Assembly: GCA_002269645.1 (NCBI GenBank)
Contig: NIVC01002301.1
Span: forward strand, 1-64,000
Reading direction: 5' to 3'
From: Macrostomum lignano
Taxonomy: Eukaryota
DNA: 64,000 nt
The translations under genes and the position numbers were made by a program. Below are positions 1 to 24,774 of this stretch, in pieces (position 1 is the first letter of the stretch; each line of letters opens with the position of its first letter). The notes beneath the pieces were generated by a model. That model saw nothing but the letters and a program-made list of their open reading frames with translations. It had not been told where the DNA came from and did no database searches.

Positions 1-3000
1 TATGAACCAATAGAATACCAAAGTATGACTGGATTTTACAAGGACGGAGGCCTGATTGGCCAGAGTTTACAGCCAATGCGAACCATTCTAGCTGATCTTT
101 TCTTTCAATTTTTCATCACATTGTTAACAAGAAGAACTCTAAATTTTATCTAGACCTTGCAACAAAGTAGGATAATAAGCTTTCCCAGGCATTAATACAT
201 AAGCTCACAGATATGGCTTTAGCTGCTTCTACTGATGCCAGGGTTATTTGGCATCAAACATAAAATATTAGCAGAAACTCTGTCAACAGTTTGCCATTTT
301 GAGCAATTCTAATTTCACGCAGTTTTCCTAAGCTATCTACCGAAAGTAGTGTATTGAGAACAACATCTTAAGCGAGGCTTATTAATTAGGAAATATACTA
401 TCATATGCGCCTAAGTCATAGTGCTCAAAGCTGGTGGTGCAGGTGCTGCTACTGATGCTGTAGGCATCCTACTGGTGGGGACAGGAATGTATTATAGCTG
501 TTGTTGCTGTTGTCTGATATTGGTACCCACATTTAGTTTGGCAGTGTGGCCTATGTTTTTGTCTAGATACTCCCTTATGACACTAATGCTTTGATATGAG
601 CTGACAGGTAAGTTGCCACCTTTTAAAGTGCACAGTAAATTCTAGCTCAGTATTGACTTTTGAGTCACACAATGCAGAGTTAAGCTGGGTGAGAAGGGAT
701 TGGGAAGAGTAAAGGACAAAGATTGGATAGATTGAAGCTTCTGCCTGGTTTTTATTGTTTTTTTCAAGCATTTTTAATATCATAATTTGTTGGCCATGTG
801 ATTGACACTAGTCAAGACACTGGGGGAAAAGGCTAGACTAGAAGTAAACATATCCAGATATGTTAGTTGCTAATGACTGAGTGCAATTGCTTGTTAAATT
901 AGTTTATTTTAACAATCTTTGTATACTTTGTCTATAGAAATAGTTTGATGATTTTAAAATTTGGCCCTAGCCTAGTTCTAGCAAATATATAAGCCAAAAA
1001 CTAACAATATATATGTAGCTTTAGTTGAGAGTTGGATTATTTAGAATGCACATATAATTATTTTATATGATCATAATTTTATACATGCAAAGTAAAAATA
1101 AAAACAATAGTTGTTATTGACTTGACTTATGCACCAATGAGCAGTAAGACTACATATTTACTTTATGCACAAATGGTACACAATCTTATCTAACTTAATT
1201 AGCTTTCCATACCATTGCTATTTATTTTCCATCTTAATTCATTTGCAATGATTATGCTATCATCTTTTTACAATATAATTATTATGTATAAAATTGATCT
1301 TGAGGCATTGAGCAAAAATTAAAATAGTATAACATATATTAAATCAATCTATATGCTTTCACTAAAAGTCAATAAAGTTTATTACTAAGCAACTTTATTA
1401 CTAAAGAAAAAATGATATTGTACAAAACTAAAACATGTATAACTGCTAATTGACCCAACCAATATGGCTAGTATAAATTATAGCAAACCAGGGATAAATT
1501 ATAAAATTGATAAATTTTGGATAGTTTTTAACAAATTTTGAGAAACAATTAAATATTTTTATTTTGTTTTTAGATACATTACATTTTCTTTTCAGATAGA
1601 AATAAGTTGCATAACTAGCATAATTTTAGTTGAGACTTGAGGTAGCATATATATAAATGACTAAGTATATAAATGTATTCAATATATTAAATAGCAGATC
1701 ATCTAAATAGCCTTAGTCTATGGTAATCATATAATTTCTTAACTTTACCCTAGCTTAATCATACTAAGACTTATTATCTCTATCTTTATATATTAGATGC
1801 CATGTTTTAAGAGTTAATGATTTAGAACCTAGTTAGAGTTATACCTATTAAATTTATATCCACTATACAAAAAATAAGTGATTAGTTCAGGTTGTACTTT
1901 ATACATCAAGTGTGCAGAACAAAAAAATTTACCAAGAAAGGCATACAGAACAATTGATTTTCTGCCAGAAGAGTATGCATATTGTTAGAATAAAATGTAG
2001 CAATACTGCCAATAGTGATACTAGCACCAGTATTAATTTAATAATGAAGTTCTGCACATATGCCTATTTAATTTTTTTATTTTCTATGCTTTGAAGCATC
2101 CTTCTAGGCTTCTATATACACAATAATGGGAAAGAGATAAAGTAAAGAATTAACAGAAAACGTCAAGGACTATTCTACACTAGTATAGTATAGTATAGTC
2201 CTAATTGAGAAAACGTGTGTGCCGAATGCAATTTAAACTAAATAAGATATGCCTTAAGTCTCATTGCAAGTAATTACTTCAAAAATAGTTTTTTAAGTTT
2301 TAATATTTTCTAGTTTCTTTTTTTCTGTCGCTTCTAAGTAACTGCTCGATAACCTAACTTTATTATAAACACTTTTGTTTAAAACTTTTAAAATACGTGT
2401 ATCCAATTATTATATGCGGATAATCTCTTATTTCGAAGAGAGGATTCTTTTCATAATTTTTTTTGTATAAAAATGTCTCACAATAGATCGATTTCTTTTA
2501 GGATACATTTGTTCTTTTTCATTTTTGATACTTTTTACGATTTAATACGAGTAATATTTTGACATGGCCAAGGTCATAATAAATTTCCGAGTTGTCATGG
2601 TCAGCAGCCAACATTTGTGGCTTCTTTACTCGAACGATTGCTGCACTGATCTCGCAGTCCTATTCCTACCGCATTGGCTTGTAGCCAATAAGTTTCAAAT
2701 ACTGCACTGCAGGCTGCATCAGCGACAGGACAAAGACGACGCCGAAGTGCTATACGTCGGACATACATTAAGAACTGTAGCTGTTTGTATTAAGCTATAT
2801 ACACATTGTATAGGCTAGTTGCAAGATTTTAATTGGTTTGAACTCAGAAACAAGAGATTTACAGTGTAATTATTTAGTTGGCGTTTAAGGGGCTGCTTTC
2901 GCATTGGGATCCGACAGAAACTGCAAGCGCTCTGTCAATTAACCGCCATCACTCTCGTACGAGTATATCTCGGACAACAAACTTCTCAGGGAATATTAAA

Positions 3001-3816
3001 CAGACCGGTCCCTCGTGAACCTTTATCTGCCTGGTTCGTCTCAAGCTACTAGCTGATGCGCATATGTATGCGTGAGTGAAGGCAGCCAAATTTAATTACA
3101 AGCTGTCCGTCTTACAACGATAAAATAATTATTGTAAATTGCGACGTTTGTCGATCACGCCAGTTATTAACAAACTGAAGCAAATTTCGAGGATTATTTT
3201 GGCACGCATCTATTCCAAAGAAGTTTCTGTGATCGAAACCACTCTACAATAGCGCATTTTTTTCACGCAAACACTGTCCATCCATCCATGCACTGGTGGC
3301 CAGTGGAGTTGCGGCTTCCATACGAGTATCACTGCAAGCAAACGGCTGGTGGGCATTTCTGTATCAGCAGAGACAGAGAGGCAGCAAGGGGAATCGGTTC
3401 GGTATAATTGTCTACCTTGGCCTGTCCCTGCGATTGCCGGCTCGGTATACCCAGCAAGGACGATCGGGAGCCACTGTATCGCGCGTCCCGCACTCGCAGC
3501 TTGTGCCCCTCCCCAGGGGCCAACTTGGCTGCTTCTGCGCGATTCGTAGCCGCCCAGGGGTCGAAGCCGGCCTGTTTAGAACGAATAGGGGCAGATAGCA
3601 TAATACCCACTCTGCGCTGCCCTCGTGTCCCTGCGCGCAAGCGAATCCAACTGATCCCCAGCAGCACCCCGTCGCCCAGCGGGGAGCAGAGGGCAGTCAG
3701 ATTTTCTTTAATCGAGTCCGTCGCAATTTCGAGAGCTCTCAAGGACCAGTCGGTAGGTCGGGCCGCGCGGTTGCCCCAGCACTTGGCTGAGGCGGACGGT
3801 GGCGGCTTCAGCGACA

Positions 3817-6800
3817 ATGGCGTCGGTGCCGGCTGTTCAGTCCTTGCTGCTGTTGCTGCTGTTTCTGTTGCTCAGCTTGCGCGGTACAGCCGGTGAGCTT
3901 ACTGTAGTACATACGAATCCCATATACGTTCCGTCAAAAATACAGACCTTTTACGCGTAAGTTCTGAAGACTGCCGGAAATCAAGAGACAGTCGATCTGC
4001 AAGCAGTTACGTCCATGTACCACAGGGTGTACAGCAGCCCTGACTTTCTCAACGTCAGCCATGTACAATTTCTGTGCCTTGGTGGTTGGCCTTCATTGGC
4101 GAGAATCGCACGACAAGCTTCAGGCATATTTTCGTGCGCCTGACCCAAAATAAGCAAAAAAGCACAAATTTAAATCTAGGAGGTTAGTGTTAGCGCTGAG
4201 CCACTCCAGAAAGGCAGGCATTCCTTAAACCACACCTGAACACTAATTACGGACACACTTGAAATCGAGCGGTATGGTCCTGTAGCTGCACCCTCTGCTC
4301 AAATTGCAGCTGGCTGCGTCACTAGTCAATTACATGCATGACGTCATTGGGTAATTCTATTGAGTAAAATAATTTTTTTCATTTGTTTAGTCCTCCTAAG
4401 AGTTTTGCGGCTCTCACCAGCAGCTGCACAGCATGCTAATTATCTGTCTATCTTGATCATATATCTGGATTTGCTGGGTTCAAATTAGCCATAAGCCGAC
4501 TGCTCAAGCAATAAACACCGGATCACTATTCAAAGACTACTCAAGTTTCTAAGAATTCAAATAATTCAAAGAAAATTTTAGGAGGCCAGGTTTTTCCGTA
4601 AAAATACATTATGGAGATAGGAGATTTTCATTTTTTCAGCACAAAAATTGTTACTTTTTTACAGGAGGCAGACCCAATGTTCATCTTTTAATATGTCCTA
4701 TCTCCGTAAATGAAGATGAAAATCTCCTATCTCCGTAATGTATTTTTACGGTAAAACCCGGCCTGGTAAAACCCGGCCTCCTAAAATTTTCGAATAAACT
4801 TAGTCATTCTACTTGAGTAGTCTGTACTACTACGCTCGTACTCGTAGAAACATTCCTCGAACTACCACATCCAAGATAGCAGATGGCAATCAACCTTTCT
4901 CGATGCCGTTCCAGTTCCTGCTCGATCTGCATGCACCAAGACCTGCGACCTGTTCAGCCAGGAGTGCCTGGATGAGCAGTGCATATGTAAACGGACCTGC
5001 CGGACGACTGGGCACGAGTCTCGGGTTGGTGCGATTTCCTGGAATTATACCTGCAGTTTTTTACCGCATTTAAAAGTACATGTATACTTCTGTTGGAAAT
5101 ATTAAGTCAAATAAAAACTAAAACAATTTAGTTAGATCTTAGTTTAGAATTCAGATACTTTCATAGGGGACTCCATATATAGTAACTGTATTAATAATAT
5201 AAGTATCAGTGTAAACTTCAGTGGTCCTTGTACTAAGCACAGCTACTCACCAAAAACATCAATCTCCGGTAATAATCGTCAAAACGTTTTTCGGTAGCTA
5301 GCTGATTAGTACGTTAAAATAGTGCAGCAGTTTTTTAAGGTTATCTCAGTAATTATAAAGAAAGTAGCATTGGAGCCTGCTGTCAGTAGCATATCATGAT
5401 TGAACCACCCTAACCCAAGCAGGTTTGCACAAAGAAAGGTTTCGAGTATCAGTCCAGGTGTCATTTCTTCCGCGACCAATGCCTGTGCAAAAGCCGCAGT
5501 GGGGACTGCCAACACCAGGGCGTGGAGAAGGACTACATTCTCATGTACAGCGCATGCCGGAGAACGGCCGGATTCTCCAGGGCGACCAGTTGTGAGACAT
5601 GTGAAATCTCAAACCTATTTCAACATCATCTGAGAACATTATAGTTTATCTTAAAACCTAGCCCGTTGTAACAGTATCGCTTTTGACCATCTAAATGGGA
5701 ATTTGGACAATCAAAACGGGACGCCATAGACATTCAAGCCAGCCCACCGATCTCACCCTAGTCATGGACTTAAGCAGTTAAGCAAAGTCTACTGAGGGAA
5801 GCTTGGCCATAGACTATAACTTTAGGCATTCAATACGGGAATCGGACTGAGATTTTATAGCTCTCTGTCCCTCCCTCCCATGTTTGCTCGTCTTTGGCCT
5901 GAAAGCGACCCAATTCAATGGCGCCACCAATTCCTGTAGCAGATCTGTCAGCAGCTGACTGATGCGATTGAACAGAGGGCCATCCATCGCAGGGGCTGCA
6001 AGAATCTTGCAAATCAAGAAAGCAACCGCATTCCGAATCGCAAATACATTAAATTTGGGCGAATTCCCATTTTGATTGTTCATTCCACATTCTAAGGTTG
6101 TGTATTCCCAAGCAGCCCAAGTCTGTGGTCTGGCTTGAATGTCTATGGCGTCCTGCTTTGACTGTCCGAATTCCCATTTGCGTCGTAGATCTTCAAAAGC
6201 GATACGAGGTGAGGAGAGGAGAGAGGAGAGGAGAGGAGAGAGGAGCGGCGAGGAGAAGAGAGAGGAGAGGAGAGAGGAGAGGAGAGTTCCCTCGTAGTGT
6301 TTAGTGACTTTAATAAAACGCACAGTCAGGTTTTCGTCATAAAGTTCCCTACGATAGCGTTTCCCGGGATGTATTTTTGCCATAGACATAGAACACCGAG
6401 TCGGGATTGTTCATTTATATCAGGCGGACTTTGATTGCCTCGCTATACAGTATTTTTGTGTTTAGGACAACCGATCCGGAGTCCAACGAACTTTTGTGCA
6501 GAACAGAAGCATCCAGCTGTTCCATAAATAAGGGTTATAAATTCTGTAACCAGGGGATTATGCTAATTTGGAAAATGCTTACTTAAAGTGCCCTAGCATA
6601 AACAGTAGAATATTAACGAAGAGTTTCACTCGAACAACCAGACATTCAGCAACTTCCCTTTGTTTTTATTGCATCTTTGCCAGCTGAAACAGTCGCAGCC
6701 CGGCCGCTGTCGGATCCTCAGTGCGACAATTACAGCAGCAGACTGGCCGCCTGGTTGAGCTACGCACTCACTCTGAAACTGGTGAGCAGGCGGATTTGCT

Positions 6801-9800
6801 GGCTACTCCGGAAGCACAGCAATAGGATTTTAAAGTGGAAAGCTGCTCTACAACCTGAAAGAAAAGGAATAAAAGGAGGATAGCTACAGACAGGAGAGAC
6901 TGCATGTAAAAAGAGGGAGAAGAGACGAAAGGAGATAGGAGAGAGGAGAGGAGAGAAGAGAGGAGAGGAGATGAGAGGAGAGGAGAGAGAGAGGAGAGAG
7001 GAGAGGAGAGGAGAGGAGAGGAGAGGAGAGGAGAGAGGAGAGGAGAGAGGAGAGGAGAGGAGAGAGAAGAGGAGAGGAGATGAGAGAAGAGGAGAGAGGA
7101 GAGGAGACGAGAGAGGAGAACGGGGCTGAGCCAGTCAGCTCATCACTGAACCTGCCCTGCTGCAAACAGTCCGAGTCGATGGTGTCGCTGCACGACTTCG
7201 AGGCAGATGAGTACACAACGGCCTGTACACCAACGAGCTGCTGGTCTTCGCCCCACTGTCGCACCGGGCCCGCAGAACGGTCGAGTTGCTGAACTTCTAC
7301 CCCGTGGAGACTGTGCAGTTCGATAACCGCATTCCGTCCATGTGGTTCTGCCTGCTGGACTCCGACATAAACGGGTGAGCAGCAGGTTGCATAGTGGGTC
7401 ACAGAGACTTCTGTACCAGTATATCTGGACGAGAAGCCTTCTTAATTCAGTCGAGTGTTCAAAACTCGAGTAGCATCACTTTGAAATTAAATGCAGCAGT
7501 GTGAAGCTAGACCCACTTCCGGTCCAGGTGTATAGTGCTCTTTGACCTAGTGAGATATTGGGGTGGGGTGCGGGACGACTTCCAGTCCAGGTGTATAGTG
7601 CTCTTTGACCTAGTGAGATCGTGGGGTGGGATGCGGGACGACTTCCAGTCCAGGTGTATAGTGCTCTTTGACCTAGTGAGATATTGGGGTGGGGTGCGGG
7701 ACGACTTCCAGTCCAGGTGTATAGTGCTCTTTGACCTAGTGAGATATTGGGGTGGGATGCGGGACGACTTCCAGTCCAGGTGTATAGTGCTCTTTGACCT
7801 AGTGAGATATTGGGGTGGGGTGCGGGACGACTTCCAGTCCAGGTGTATAGTGCTCTTTGACCTAGTGAGATATTGGGGTGGGGTGCGGGACGACTTCCAG
7901 TCCAGGTGTATAGTGCTCTTTGACCTAGTGAGATCATGGGGTGGGGTGCGGGACGACTTCCAGTCCAGGTGTATAGTGCTCTTTGACCTAGTGAGATCAT
8001 GGGGTGGGATGCGGGACGACTTCCAGTCCAGGTGTATAGTGCTCTTTGACCTAGTGAGATCATGGGGTGGGGTGGGGTGAGGGTGAGACACGAAAAATAA
8101 ATATTTTATGCTTTGCTAATTACCGACGTACCTGCAGAGTCAAGCACTCGATTCCGCATTAGTCTGTGAGGCATTCGGTACTTTGAAAACTAAAAAAGTT
8201 GCTACTCGACTGGATTCGAGCAATCCAAGAATTGGTTAGGAAAATATTTTTCAAATGAAAATTGTCAACTCGCGTCTCCGCGCCCCGCAGCTGGCTGGAT
8301 GAGAAGGAGATGGACCAGCTGACTCGGGTGCTGCTGCCGCAGGACGCCTGCATCGAAGCCTTCCTGACCGGCTGTCTGCAGGGCGGCCGCTCTGCCGGCC
8401 TGGCAGCCTGGCAGGGCCCGGACTGCTTCCGGCTGAGAGAGGGTAACATCGCACGGGAGTTGAGGGAGTAAGCGGATGGGACAGCGAGACTTCCAGGTTG
8501 GAGTCTGAGGGTTAGAGGGATGGGGGAGAGTCTGAGGATTAGAGGGATGGGGGAGGGTCTGAAGATTAGAGGGGTGGGGGAGAGTCTGAGGATTTGAGGG
8601 ATAGGGAGGGTCTGAGGATTAGAGGGTGGGGAGAGTCTGAGGATTAGAGGGGTGGGGAGAGTCTGAGGATTAGAGGGGTGGGGAGAGTCTGAGGATTAGA
8701 GGGGTGGGGGAGGGTCTGAGGATTAGAGGGGTGGGGGAGAGTCTGAGGATTAGAGGGGTGGGGGAGAGTCTGAGGATTAGAGGGATAGGGAGGGTCTGAG
8801 GATTTGAGGGATAGGGAGGGTCTGAGGATTAGAGGATAGGGGAGGGTCTGAGGATTAGAGGGGTGGGGAGAGTCTGAGGATTTGAGGGATGGGGAGAGTC
8901 TGAGGATTTGAGGGATGGGGAGAGTCTGAGGATTAGAGGGATGGGGGAGGGTCTGAGGATTAGAGGGGTGGGGGAGAGTCTGAGGATTAGAGGGATGGGG
9001 GAGGGTCTGAGGATTAGAGGGGTGGGGGAGAGTCTGAGGATTAGAGGGATAGGGAGGGTCTGAGGATTAGAGGGATAGGGGAGGGTCTGAGGATTAGAGG
9101 GATAGGGGAGGGTCTGAGGATTAGAGGGGTGGGGAGAGTCTGAGGATTAGAGGGATGGGGAAGGCTCTGAGGATTAGAGGGGTGGGGAGAGTCTGAGGAT
9201 TAGAGGGATGGGGGAGAGTCTGAGGATTAGAGGGGTGGGGAGAGTCTGAGGATTAGAGGGATGGGGGAGGGTCTGAGGATTAGAGGGGTGGGGAGGGTCT
9301 GAGGATTAGAGGGGTGGGGGAGAGTCTGAGGATTAGAGGGATGGGGGAGAGTCTAAGGATTAGAGGGATGGGGGAGAGTCTGAGGATTAGAGGGGTGGGG
9401 GAGAGTCTGAGGATTAGAGGGGTGGGGGAGAGTCTGAGGATTAGAGGGGTGGGGGAGAGTCTGAGGATTAGAGGGGTGGGGGAGAGTCTGAGGATTAGAG
9501 GGTGGGGGAGGGTCTGAAGATTAGAGGGGTTTGGGGAGAGTCTGAGGATTAGGTAGAGGTTTAAGAGTGAGGCGAGGCTTGGATGGATGGTCTAAGCAAG
9601 GAGGGGATGGGATGGAGGTGAGGCGGAGGTAGGGAGGGATCGGGGAGACGGTGCTACCCTGTAGTTAAGCGTTAGAAGGTGAACTGTGTAAGTTAAAGAG
9701 AATTGTAGAAAAAAATTAAATGCAAGGCTTCGGAAATTCTGCTGCAAAAATTTCTGACAAAGGGCAGTCATGAATTTCCAGCTACAAATTAGCGCTACAA

Positions 9801-10350
9801 CCCAGTCGCAAAGTTTATCGCAACAAAACAATTGCCTCGTGTCTTCAAAGCGCCGATGAAGTGATAAAAATAGACAGAACTTTTTGCGATGGGGAAGGCT
9901 ACACAGTACTCAGATGTAGAGCTTGAAGCAGTTGCCTAGTGGTTGTAGCCTAGTGGTTAGAGCGTCTGACTCACGACTGAAAGGTCGGGGTTCGTTTCCC
10001 GATCCACTCGGAACAATCTGTGTCATTGAGCAAGATACTTTAACTCTGCATTGCTTCAGTTCACCCAGCTGTAAAATGGGTGCCAGCATTAGCTGGGGTA
10101 ATTGAGGGTGTGTGGCGACCCCCCAGTCCTTGGACTGAACAGCCGTACGCAGCCTTCAGATGCGCCGCGCAATAGCTGCGGCTGAGCTGTCGGTTGCACA
10201 TCTGCCCATTTGGGGCAGGTGTAATAAATAATAATAATAATATTAAGCAGTGAGCAATGGATGCCTAGCTGGAAATTAATTTTACATTCTGACCAACAAA
10301 TAACAAAATTTTTGTTTTGCAGGCGACATCCAGCCGTCCTGCGACCTTTG
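3817..10350 (+). CDS. SPARC: SPARC/osteonectin-like secreted protein (follistatin/Kazal plus EC calcium-binding domain), multi-exon
   Basis: Exons 3817-3892 (signal peptide MASVPAVQSLLLLLLFLLLSLRGTA), 4915-5024, 5423-5591 (VCTKKGFEYQSRCHFFRDQCLC, cf. SPARC [20 protein letters not shown]), 6684-6781 (YSSRLAAWL, cf. FPLRMRDWL), ~7170-7374 (MWFCLLDSDING), 8291-8443 (WLDEKEMDQLTRVLLPQDACIEAFLTGC) and 10323-10350 (stop). Junctions are GT-AG and phase-consistent except at the start of exon 5. Confidence 0.85.
4580..4782. mobile_element. MITE with ~60-bp terminal inverted repeats
   Basis: AGGAGGCCAGGTTTTTCCGTAAAAATACATTATGGAGATAGGAGATTTTC at the left is mirrored at the right end. Both sides are flanked by AAAATTTT, a candidate 8-bp TSD that is palindromic and so could be part of the TIR. 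Confidence 0.75.
6905..7120. repeat. (GAGGA/GAGAG)n purine microsatellite; a shorter tract lies at 6207-6284
   Basis: Direct inspection. Confidence 0.95.
7517..8080. repeat. 63-bp minisatellite, ~9 copies
   Basis: Unit CCAGTCCAGGTGTATAGTGCTCTTTGACCTAGTGAGATATTGGGGTGGGGTGCGGGACGACTT. The unit length is a multiple of 3, which explains the spurious repetitive ORFs. Confidence 0.95.
8490..9555. repeat. G-rich ~27-bp minisatellite
   Basis: Unit approximately GAGAGTCTGAGGATTAGAGGGGTGGGG. Confidence 0.95.
9941..10242 (+). mobile_element. tRNA-derived SINE with (TAA)n tail
   Basis: A-box TAGCCTAGTGGTTAGAGCG, B-box-like GGTTCGTTTCCC, conserved body and TAA tail. Near-identical copies lie at 25374-25677 (-) and 46276-46545 (+). 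Confidence 0.85.
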
Positions 10351-10819
10351 ATCTGGCCGGCACTGGGAATTCGAATGCGGAACTGACCCCAGCGCAGCAA
10401 CTGGCCGCTGATACAGAGTAAACACGTCATACTATCTCACTCATCGAACACTTTCACCCGTTTGTTGTGCTTCTCTGATTAATCAACAAGATTATAGTTC
10501 TATTTGTGTTCTCTCAACATTTTTTTAAACGAAACCGATAGCTAACCGGAGCTGGAAGGTGGAGTGGCAGCCATGGCCAGCTGAAGAAAAAGGACGCTAA
10601 GCTCGATTTTCTTAGAATCGGATTTTTCTAGCGGTCTTGGGTTGATCAAAGAAGTTTTTTCAAGCTTACACAAACAGCTTCAATCAAGCAGGGGTTGTCG
10701 CAACTTTACTAAACAAAATGCAATTAAGAAAATACTACAATGAAATCAGTCTATTTGTGCCTAGATATGGAGTTTTGGGAATTCGGGAATGTAATAGGGG
10801 GATTAAAGGTTTTTGGGGC

Positions 10820-11010
10820 CAACCCTCAAGGCGCAGTGAAGTGTACATGCCTAACGATAAATAAAGTTAGGGCTGCTGTACACTCCTGTGTGAGTGTGTG
10901 CCTGTGCGTATGACTGCGTACGTATCCGCGCGCTTGTGCGCCTGCTCAGGGGAGTCGGCGGAATGGGCAGCAATGCCTCTCGCCGGTTGTGTGACAATGT
11001 CGCTTAAAGT
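10820..11010. repeat. Dispersed repeat family (GTGTACATGCC...GTACACTCCTGTGTGAGTGTGTGCC), unclassified
   Basis: Related copies at 11221-11345, 28105-28320 and 53915-54070. Confidence 0.7.
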
Positions 11011-11343
11011 GCGGGTGCAGGGTGCACACAAAGTATTATAATTAGCTAAAACCAACGAATTGCGAGTTTTTTTTACAGAGATTTGATTTCACCTGAAACG
11101 AGTCAGGCGGTAAATTATAAGCTTAAATCAGTACAGAAAATACACTAAGAAACGTGCGCAAATATTCATTTAAGGCTTTTATGCTCGAAAATTTGTTGTG
11201 CGAGTCATACCCATTAGAGCCAACCCTCAAGGCACACAGAGTGTACATGCCTGGCGATTAGAAAGTCAAAGGGCCAGTGTACACCCTGTGTGAGCGGGTG
11301 TGTGAGTGTGTGCCTGCGTACAGCATTGGTGCTAACCTATACT

Positions 11344-11557
11344 GCGCTACCTAAGGGCTACCGGGCGAGCGACAATCCACCTCCTGGACTCTCCGGAGGG
11401 GGACCGCGCTGCGGACACCGGCGCCACCGGAACTCCCTGCGCGACACCGCAGCACCAGCTGCCCGTGGTCGCCAGGGGCTAGCGAAATGGGCGGCAACGC
11501 CTCCTCGCTGTTTCCGGACGCACGGAGCCCCCTGCAGCTGAGTCTAAGTCTAAGTCT
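11344..11557 (+). mobile_element. 5'-truncated LINE 3' end with (TAAGTC)n tail
   Basis: Close match to the reverse complement of 37256-37460, which continues into a LINE ORF2 zinc-knuckle remnant. Confidence 0.75.
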
Positions 11558-11812
11558 CCTATCTCTACAGCACTCTACTTATTAAAACAGCACCCTCCTA
11601 TTCTAGACTATTTTGGGTGGCCACTAGCCTACCTCACGGGCAGCAAAATGGCAGTGCGAAAAAAACATAAAAAGGTCATATTCTTATCAAATACAGTCAA
11701 CAGGATTCTGGGAGCAAAAATTTACAAAATCGTGTTAGGTATTTTTGGTCATATCAAGGAATGCACTTTATGACGCTCATCCCATGACCTTATAGTTGGA
11801 AAGGTAGCGCAT

Positions 11813-23336
<11,524 letters not shown>

Positions 23337-23554
23337 TTCTGATGATAATATAGTGAGCTCTGTGCAGCTACAGAAGGTCCGGGGTGCTCAACGGGATCTC
23401 AGCTCTCGGAGGCAAGGCTAAGAACAGAGACTGGCGGTTTTATGTGGTCTTCTCCAGTCCAACTCGGTTTGAGCTCCCTGGCCGATAGCTGCTCTGATTG
23501 GAGCAAGCAAAACTTGCCAAACGCGCAGATTGAGCACCGCAGAACCTCGACGGC

Positions 23555-24260
23555 ATGACCTAGACTTGACAGTATGACAGGCTCATGACAGTATGACAGG
23601 CTCATGACAGTATGACAGGCTCATGACAGTATGACAGGCTCATGACAGTATGACAGGCTCTTGACAGTATGACAGGCTCTTGACAGTATGACAGGCTCTT
23701 GACAGTATGACAGGCTCTTGACAGTATGACAGGCTCTTGACAGTATGACAGGCTCTTGACAGTATGACAGGCTCTTGACAGTATGACAGGCTCTTGACAG
23801 TATGACGGGCGATCTTGACAGTATGACAGGCTCTTGACAGTATGACAGGCTCTTGACAGTATGACAGGCTCTTGACAGTATGACAGGCGATCTTGACAGT
23901 ATGACAGGCTCTTGACAGTATGACAGGCTCTTGACACTAGGACAGGCTCTTGACAGTATGACGGGCGATCTTGACAGTATGACAGGCTCTTGACACTAGG
24001 ACAGGCTCTTGACAGTATGACGGGCGATCTTGACAGTATGACAGGCTCTTGACAGTATGACAGGCGATCTTGACAGTATGACAGGCTCTTGACAGTATGA
24101 CAGGCGATCTTGACAGTATGACAGGCTCTTGACAGTATGACAGGCGATCTTGACAGTATGACAGGCTCTTGACAGTATGACAGGCGATCTTGACAGTATG
24201 ACAGGCTCTTGACAGTATGACAGGCTCTTGACAGTATGACAGGCTCTTGACAGTCTGACA
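23555..24260. repeat. 19-bp minisatellite (TGACAGTATGACAGGCTCT)n
   Basis: Direct inspection. Confidence 0.95.
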
Positions 24261-24774
24261 TTTTGGATGACATCTGACAGTAAAACACAGACACCTGTTT
24301 ACCATGACAGGAATCCTGACAGACAGGTTCCAGTAATATCAACAGGACGAGATCTACTTACCTAATAATTCGGGACGGGAACGGAGAGGATTTGGAAAAA
24401 GCCACGGATTCAAGCAAATCCTTTTTTATCTGCCTGCGTTCTTTAGATTGCTCATCTTTGTTTAACTAAGCTGAAGCTTTTGAAATTTAGCCACTTAGCA
24501 AACAGCAAGGCTTTTTATATAAAGGAAGCGGATGGTTTTTTAAGTGTATTTAATGAGTTAGTTGAAAAAGTAACCTTTTTTTAACAAGAAACAATAAAAG
24601 TAGTTTAGCGTATTGATTTAAAAATAATTTTAGGTTAATTAATACAGAAAATAATGATAGTATGACAATTTCTACATAAAACCGGGACCTTTTAGTTTTG
24701 CAAACGTTATTAATATATTGTTTATGCATTAATATAGGATGTGTTTTGTCTTTAGGGGTTTGCATAGCATCAAC

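Noticed and set aside
3296-3816. Several overlapping GC-rich ORFs
   Set aside because: No recognisable protein; better explained as the promoter/5' region of the SPARC-like gene starting at 3817.
7476-8091. Repetitive 181-195-aa ORFs on both strands
   Set aside because: Artefact of a 63-bp minisatellite.
9941-10020. tRNA gene
   Set aside because: Has A/B boxes but no proper cloverleaf, continues into a repeated body with a TAA tail and occurs three times, so it is a SINE.
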